Below are positions 57,462 to 64,000 of a stretch of 64,000 nt of DNA, in pieces. Made by a program: the position numbers and the translations under genes. The notes under the pieces are model-generated. The model saw only the letters and a program-made list of their open reading frames with translations, was not told the origin of the DNA and made no database searches. Source of the stretch: Fistulifera solaris (taxonomy: Eukaryota); assembly GCA_030295235.1 (NCBI GenBank), contig AP026130.1, positions 1,302,001 to 1,366,000 on the forward strand. Direction: 5' to 3'. Position 1 is the first letter of the stretch; each line of letters opens with the position of its first letter.

Positions 57462-59295
57462 GTCTAGAATTTTGGAAGGTGCGCAGCATTTCGGTAGGAT
57501 CGAAAAATATGGTCCAGAATTTCTGGACCACCACAGACTACACGAATCCAGAATTTCTGGAACACGCACTTTCGTTCCCAAGGATTTACAACGAAGTTAT
57601 CTGAACTTTTGGAACGCGTATTTTCTTTCGTTATGATCCCAAACACCGTGCCCAACGTACACAGCTTTTCGATCGGTTCAAAAGACTGGTCCAGAATTTC
57701 TGGACCACCACAGAAATTCTGTATGATCATGAATCATGAATGACTTTTCCAGAATTTCTGGAATTATCATTTGCTTACGTTATGATCCAACACCAGAGTT
57801 TCCAGAACTTCTGGAGCGTGCATTTTTCTTCGTTATGATCTAAACCACCATCCATAGAATTTCTGCAACGTGCACAGCATTTCGATCGGTTCGAAGAAAC
57901 TGGTCCAGAATTTCTGGACCACCACAGAAATTCTGTATGATCATGAATCATGAATGACTTTTCCAGAATTTCTGGAATTATCATTTGCTTACGTTATGAT
58001 CCAACACCAGAGTTTCCAGAACTTCTGGAGCGTGCATTTTCCTTCGTTATGATCTAAACCACCATCCATAGAATTTCTGCAACGTGCACAGCATTTCGAT
58101 CGGTTCGAAGAAACTGGTCCAGAATTTCTGGACCACCACAGAAATTCTGTGTGACCATGAATGACTTTTCCAGAATTTCTGGAATTATCATTTTTTCGTT
58201 ATGATCCAACACCAGAGTTTCCGAGGTTTCGGGAACATGCTTTTTCCTTCGGTATGATCTAAACCACCATCCATAGAATTTCTGCAACGTGCACAGCATT
58301 TCGATCGGTTCGAAGAAACTGGTCCGGAATTTCTGGACCACCACAGAAATTCTGTATGATCATGAATCATGAATGACTTTTCCAGAATTTCTGGAATTAT
58401 CATTTGCTTACGTTATGATCCAACACCAGAGTTTCCAGAACTTCTGGAACATGCTTTTTCCTTCGTTATGCTCCAAGACACCTTGTCCAGTATTTCTGAA
58501 CCGTGCATAGCCTTTCGATCGGTTCAAAAGACTGGTCCAGAATTCTGGACCAACACAGAAATTCTGTATGATCATGAATCATGAATGACTTTTCCAGAAT
58601 TTCTGGAATTATCATTTTTTCGTTATGATCCAACACCAGAGTTTCCGAGGTTTCGGGAACATGCTTTTTCCTTCGGTGTGCTCCAAGACACCTTGTCCAG
58701 TATTTCTGAACCGTGCATAGCCTTTCGATCGGTTCGAAGAAACTGGTCCAGAATTTCTGGACTAACACAGAAATTCTGTATGATCATGAATCATGAATGA
58801 CTTTTCCAGAATTTCTGGAATTATCATTTTCTTTCGTTGTGATCCAACACCAGAGCTTCCAAGATTTCTGGAGCGTGCATTTTCCTTCGTTATGCTCCAA
58901 GACACCTTGTCCAGTATTTCTGAACCGTGCATAGCCTTTCGATCGGTTCAAAAGACTGGTCCAGAATTTCTGGACCAACACAGAAATTCTGTATGATCAT
59001 GAATCATGAATGACTTTTCCAGAATTTCTGGAATTATCATTTGCTTACGTTGTGATCCAACACCAGAGTTTCCAAGATTTGGGAACATGCTTTTTCCTTC
59101 GGTATGCTCCAAGACACCTTGCCCAGTATTTCGGAACCGTGCATAGCCTTTCGATCGGTTCAAAAGACTGGTCCAGAGTTTCTGGACCACCACAGAAATT
59201 CTGTATGATCATGAATGACTTTTCCAGAATTTCTGGAAAATTCACGTTCTTTCGTTATGATCCATACCACGCTCTCCAGAATTTCTGGAAATTCC
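57462..59295. repeat. Satellite array, about 8 units of 205-214 bp built from palindromic sub-repeats
   Basis: CCACCACAGAAATTCTG-type anchor at 57705, 57919, 58133, 58338, 58550, 58762, 58975 and 59187. Each unit has several TCCAGAA-N-TTCTGGA variants, and both ends are degenerate. Confidence 0.97.
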
Positions 59296-59664
59296 AAGAC
59301 ACTTTGATAAGATCGAGAAAAATGGAACGTGTGGACAAACATTTCCAAAAAAATCTGTATGAGTCCTGTTTTCACTTGTAAAGAAAGTTTGCGCGCGGGC
59401 AAAATTACTGGTGTATCACCCACGCACATAGCAAGAAGCGAAAGAAATACTACGTAATAAACTTCGCATAATTAGAGCTTGAATCAGAAGACAAGCTTAC
59501 TAAAGAGATTCAAATCCCTCTCTATTGTGTTAAAGATTTACCAGTAAAGGTCTTTTTCAGACACTTTGCCGTTTTTTATTAATCGACTTGTTGCTATAAA
59601 GCATTGCTGACATTCTATCTTTGGCCAGCGGCTACGCACCTACATAATACTCACCTGTAAAAAC

Positions 59665-60656
59665 ATGTTCTTCGTCACAAAAGCACAAACGACGCGACAC
59701 GCACATACGCAACAACAACTGTTTCATCAAATCATCCGCTCGTTCGCTTCTTCTCCCGCAACGGCACCTCCTTTTGTACGATCACCCGTTCAGAAATATC
59801 CCCTCACTCCGACTCGAAACGTTCCTTCTCATATTCCGCGTCCTCCCTACGCACGAACCGGACGTGTTCCTCCTTCCGTGTGGCTACATCAAATTGCTTT
59901 ACACACCGAAGATCCTGTCGAATTGCGGAATGCGGCTCGTTTGGCGCGACGTGTGCTCGATTTGGCGTGTTCGTCAGTACAGCCCGGTATGACTTCGGAT
60001 GAAATTGATGCAATTGTACATGAGGCGATCGTACGACACGGAGCCTATCCGTCTCCTTTGAATTATGAAGGGTTTCCTAAATCGGTGTGTACATCCATCA
60101 ATGAAGTCATTTGTCACGGTATTCCGGATCTGCGGCCCTTTCAATACGGCGACGTCGTATCGCTGGATGTCAGTTGCTACTTGCAAGGTGTGCACGGAGA
60201 TAATTGTGCGACAATTCTAGTCGGTGACGATGAGGAAGGCAGTGATTTACAATTGGCACCCGCTCGTCGATTGATTCAAGCTACAAAAGAAAGTTTGGAT
60301 GCCGCCATTGCGACTTGTCGTCCGGGGAGTTGCTTGACATCGATCGGAGCGGCGATTCAAGACGTGGCGGATTCGTACGGATACCAATCGGTTGAAAAGT
60401 ATCGAGGCCATGGAATTGGTACAGAATTTCATTGTGCGCCCTTTGTCAAGCACTTTCGCAATCATGATTACTTGCGCTTGCAAAAGGAATGGTTTTTACG
60501 ATTGAACCCATGCTGACGGCAGGATCTGCCGATTGTTTCGAATGGGATGATCAATGGACGGTAGCTACCTCGGATGGCAGTTTAGCAGCGCAATTTGAGC
60601 ATACAGTGTATATAACTGACGATGGAGTGGAGATTTTGACGCTTCCAGACGAATAG
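59665..60656 (+). CDS. Methionine aminopeptidase type 1, organellar MAP1D-like (frameshift at the A-run near 60485)
   Basis: [43 protein letters not shown]; downstream frame [10 protein letters not shown]...AQFEHT. Confidence 0.93.
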
Positions 60657-60777
60657 TTGTCAACCAAACGCGCGTGTTCTTCTACAGATCAGAGGAACTT
60701 TCGCTAAATGCATGACAAAAGTCTCTTTTTCTGATGATAGAACTAATAAATATAGAGAGAGAGACTACTGTTTGCAC

Positions 60778-62231
60778 TCAATAATACGGGTCCGGAACTT
60801 TCAAAGGGAATCGTGCGACGACAACTTCAAACGGGGGGCCTTCAGGATTTTCACGACTTCCCGGTACACAGCGGAAGTAACCTCGGATATGTGCACCATG
60901 GTCATTTTCGCGAGTGGTTCCAGCCATGGGTCCGGTTTCGCTGTTGAAAGAAAACGGAGTGTTCGTATGAACCTCGCCATTCGGTAACGTGTATTGAAAG
61001 ACCTGACCAACAATGGGATCCTGACGCAAGGCTAAAAGCGGTTCTTGGTCTTCCCCGAATTCATCATCAATGGTAAAGCTCACCTCACCGCGACCGTCAA
61101 CACCTTAAAGATGAAACGAGACCAACTGGTTCGTGCTTGCAACGGACGAATCGATCATTCGAACGCGAATATGATAGCTAAAGTCCAGTCCACGCTTTTC
61201 TTCCAATAGTCCACGCATATTTCCGAATACTGGATTGAAGTAAGGGATCCATCGTGCGCTGGCACGAACTTCGATCCCTTGTGTGACACAAACGGACATA
61301 AAGTCATTTCCAGCGTCAGGAAAGAGATCAATGCCGAGTATTGGACCAAGTACCGGGAGCGGTTTATAGAACCCTTCCATCAAGTGCGCAACATACTGTT
61401 TCAAATACTGCAGAAACCCTTCTTTTCCAACAATAATTGAATCGGTATCATCAATAGCAGTAGCAAGAAGCATTCGAACAATAAGGCCCTGCGGATCATG
61501 CAAAGGATCCTTCCGAACGGACAAACTCAGTTTGGGATTTGCTTGGGAGTTACTGAGCACGACATGATTGTGGGGGAAGTGAACTCGACTTTTACGCCGA
61601 CGGGCCCCAGGACCTGTGCTTCATAAAGTCGCATCATATAATGCGTGCCGTGAAACTGAGTCCGCCCGAGGAAGGGCGCCCCAATGTCTTCTCGAGATGA
61701 TTTCCTTGAAATCGTGCGTCGCCCTCCACACACCGCCAACCATGCGATAAGATCCGACGGTACTTGGGGGTGCTCCGCCCACGATTGCAAGGTGTTCTTG
61801 TCTAAACCCGGGACGAAGGTGTCTCACAAGGCTTCATAGTGATACTCTTTACAAAACGATAGAATATCTTCAAACATTCCCATCGCATCCAGTCCTTGTT
61901 GAGTTGTCGTCACGTGATGCGTATGAATGTGCCAAGCCCGCCAGCGTCGATAGATTTGTTTCCACTCCTTGATGTCTCGACGAATTGCTCGAAAGGAATC
62001 ATTGGGTGCTTCTTTCGTATGTAATGAAAAGTCTCGTACACACAAGAGTTCCCATGTCTTCTCTTTATCAATGCAACGAAACACTTGCTCACAACGAGCG
62101 ACGTCTTGAAATGTCAAGAAGGAAAGGAAATGATGCGTCCATAGTTCGGGAACACCCAAAACGTCCGTTGCATCCAGTGGTTTCGAAGGACGGTTATCGA
62201 GGTTCGTATCGTTCGCGAATGAATGTGGCAT
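60778..62231 (-). CDS. F-box + ApaG-domain protein, SKIP16/FBXO3-like (several frameshifts)
   Basis: F-box (VPELWTHHFLSFLTFQDVARCEQV...WELLCVRDF), LRPG, SVCVTQGIEVRASA, FSYHIRV, and C-terminal GYFRCVPGSRENPEGPPFEVVVARFPL. Confidence 0.8.
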
Positions 62232-62982
62232 CTTTAGAGATGTTCAAATGAAGAGAAAAGGATGTTTCGAAAGGAGGAAGGAATGAAAGAAGAAGGGAAG
62301 AACGACAAAAGAGAGAGGTTCGTCAACGAATGATGCATGCATGCAATGAAGTGTGAAGAAAATACATAAACGTGGATAGGACTTAAAATATAACATTGAA
62401 TTATTATCTTATTATTATTACATAAAATAATACGCGGGTATAATAGGATCGATGCAGTCTGATGACTGCAATCCAGTCGTGGATTCATACAACCAACTGT
62501 TTGGATCATAGTAAAAACATGAAGGTCAGGATTCGAGAGCATTGCCGGCTGAAATCGCAATTGCGCGATATTTCCAAGTTGAGAGCATAATAAGCTTAGA
62601 TTTATTAATGTAATGAGTTTATAATCAAACGCGAAAAAGACAAGAAAAACTCGCGCTGCAGGCTGCATTTACAAAAGGATCGATGCATCTCGTTTTTTCG
62701 CCGTGAGACGTACCGGTACTTGGAATCATGGTAAGGCTATTTCGTCATCGGTCACGCCTGGGTCACGCAATGCATGACAGGATTAAAGAAAACCGTCCGT
62801 CTATCCGGTCGCAGGAGGAAAAACTCCAGCCGACGCGACGAAAAGACGACGATGAAACGATGATCGACGAGGACGAGAGGAGGAGAAAGAAAATGATTTC
62901 ATCACACACCCACACAAATATACGAAAGTAAAGCCCATCTTTCTCTTTATTAGAAAACTAAAGAATCAACTCACGCTTAAAG

Positions 62983-64000
62983 ATGATACGGCAATGCTTA
63001 CCGTCGTCACGTCATGCAAAAGCGATAGCAAATCACCGACGCATTCTTTCGAAACGACCGCTCGCGGCTTCCAGTAATCACAATCACAATCGTCACAAAG
63101 ATAATCACTCGGATAACAACCGAAGAATTCCTTCAAATACAGTCTCGAAGGATGGAGACGACAACAAGCAGAAAGAATTGAATCATGTTATGAAAGCATT
63201 CTTTCAAAATCGTAACACCGCACCAAATACTTCCGACAAATCAAGTCTTCGCCCTTTCCACCACAACAATAACAGACATCACAATAACAGGAATAGAACA
63301 AATGAACAGCAGAATTGGCGGCCTTTATTTCCCAAGCAACAGCAAAACAATCAGACGTCATCCTTGCAGAAGGATACGACGCCTCCTTTGACTCAAACGA
63401 CAAACTCCAACAATACGAATGATTCGATACGAGCCTTCTTTCAAAGCACTTCGGCACGTAAGAATGCTGCGTCGCAGCCACAGCAGCAGCAGCAGCCGCC
63501 GCAGCAACCTTCGTCTTTATCCAGCAGCCGAGGGAAATTTCCTTGGGATCTCAAACCTTTACAAAGGACGTCGACCGATACGACTACTCCTCGAACCGAC
63601 TTTGCATCCGTTTTGGATAAATACAAGACGTCTTCTTCGAACATGGAAAGGAAAACCGAGCCATCATCTTCAGTAACACCGCCGGCTACGAATACGACAA
63701 CATCGCTACCGAGACCCCCGCCGCGTTCTGGGGTCGGATTGGCGGCACCAGCAAACCCACAGCCGTTCACGTCACCGCTCTCCGAAATGATTCGTAAGAT
63801 GCAGTTGGCACAGCAACAGAAGCAGCAACAGCAGGAAAGTGGGAATGCAATGAATCCTTTGGCGAATGAACCGCGTTGGCGTACCAGTCCGCTGCGTGCG
63901 TTGCGTCAGTCGTCGCGCATAAACAACCAACAGCATTCAAACAACGGCCATAATATCAGTGTCAACAAAGCGAATGATTTCTTGAAAGCTGCCGACACGG
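62983..64000 (+). CDS. Low-complexity N/Q/S-rich protein, N-terminal part (runs off the window)
   Basis: Frame open from ATG 62983 (MIRQCLPSS...) to the window end with no stop; absent from the supplied ORF track because it is unterminated. Confidence 0.65.
   Translation, partial: MIRQCLPSSRHAKAIANHRRILSKRPLAASSNHNHNRHKDNHSDNNRRIPSNTVSKDGDDNKQKELNHVMKAFFQNRNTAPNTSDKSSLRPFHHNNNRHHNNRNRTNEQQNWRPLFPKQQQNNQTSSLQKDTTPPLTQTTNSNNTNDSIRAFFQSTSARKNAASQPQQQQQPPQQPSSLSSSRGKFPWDLKPLQRTSTDTTTPRTDFASVLDKYKTSSSNMERKTEPSSSVTPPATNTTTSLPRPPPRSGVGLAAPANPQPFTSPLSEMIRKMQLAQQQKQQQQESGNAMNPLANEPRWRTSPLRALRQSSRINNQQHSNNGHNISVNKANDFLKAADT

Noticed and set aside
57462..59295. Satellite as a CRISPR-like repeat-spacer array
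   Set aside because: The variable segments are two recurring variants rather than unique spacers, no cas-like or nuclease gene is nearby, and the context is eukaryotic.
56182..59550. CCTTTACTG / CAGTAAAGG as terminal inverted repeats of an element enclosing the satellite
   Set aside because: Only 9 bp match perfectly, there is no target-site duplication, and such a match is plausible by chance.
1446..62231. Frameshifts in about ten genes (Cys protein, RAD51 paralog, carrier A, EH protein, CPPED1-like, FkbM-like, MetAP, F-box) read as pseudogenes or programmed frameshifting
   Set aside because: They are single-base indels, many at homopolymers, in otherwise conserved housekeeping genes across the whole window. 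Long-read consensus error is the simpler explanation.

Overview
Gene-dense eukaryotic nuclear DNA with short GT-AG introns, most likely from a pennate diatom. This is inferred from bipartite 'AQAF/SLGF' plastid presequences, a CoDi-type Ty1/Copia element and diatom-style LRR, HMG-box and TPR-like families. About 30 protein genes are visible: a tandem family of secreted 12-Cys proteins, a RAD51 paralog, SHMT, three paralogs of an uncharacterised mitochondrial-carrier-like protein, an EH-domain protein, an AA15-type LPMO, a subtilase, ferredoxin-sulfite reductase, an MnmM/YtqB-like methyltransferase, a CPPED1-like phosphatase, PDH E2, thioredoxin, an FkbM-like methyltransferase, MetAP1 and a SKIP16-like F-box/ApaG protein. 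Non-genic features are one full-length, very young Copia element (46151-52749), two tandem arrays (about 220 bp and about 212 bp units) and three intergenic tracts of chained 6-8 bp micro-duplications. Many genes carry single-base frameshifts, often at homopolymers, so these are treated as probable assembly errors. The most interesting signals are: (i) a Copia PBS matching the D-arm of initiator tRNA, with a 6-bp TSD and a hairpin plus hydrophobic segment at the gag-pol junction; (ii) neighbouring LPMO and protease genes sharing the same C-terminal Cys/CBM1-like module; (iii) a TGACGT-dense bidirectional promoter between duplicated carrier-like genes next to SHMT; (iv) the 7-bp-period micro-duplication tracts; (v) a palindrome-built satellite. 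All family assignments are from motif recognition by eye, with no database search.
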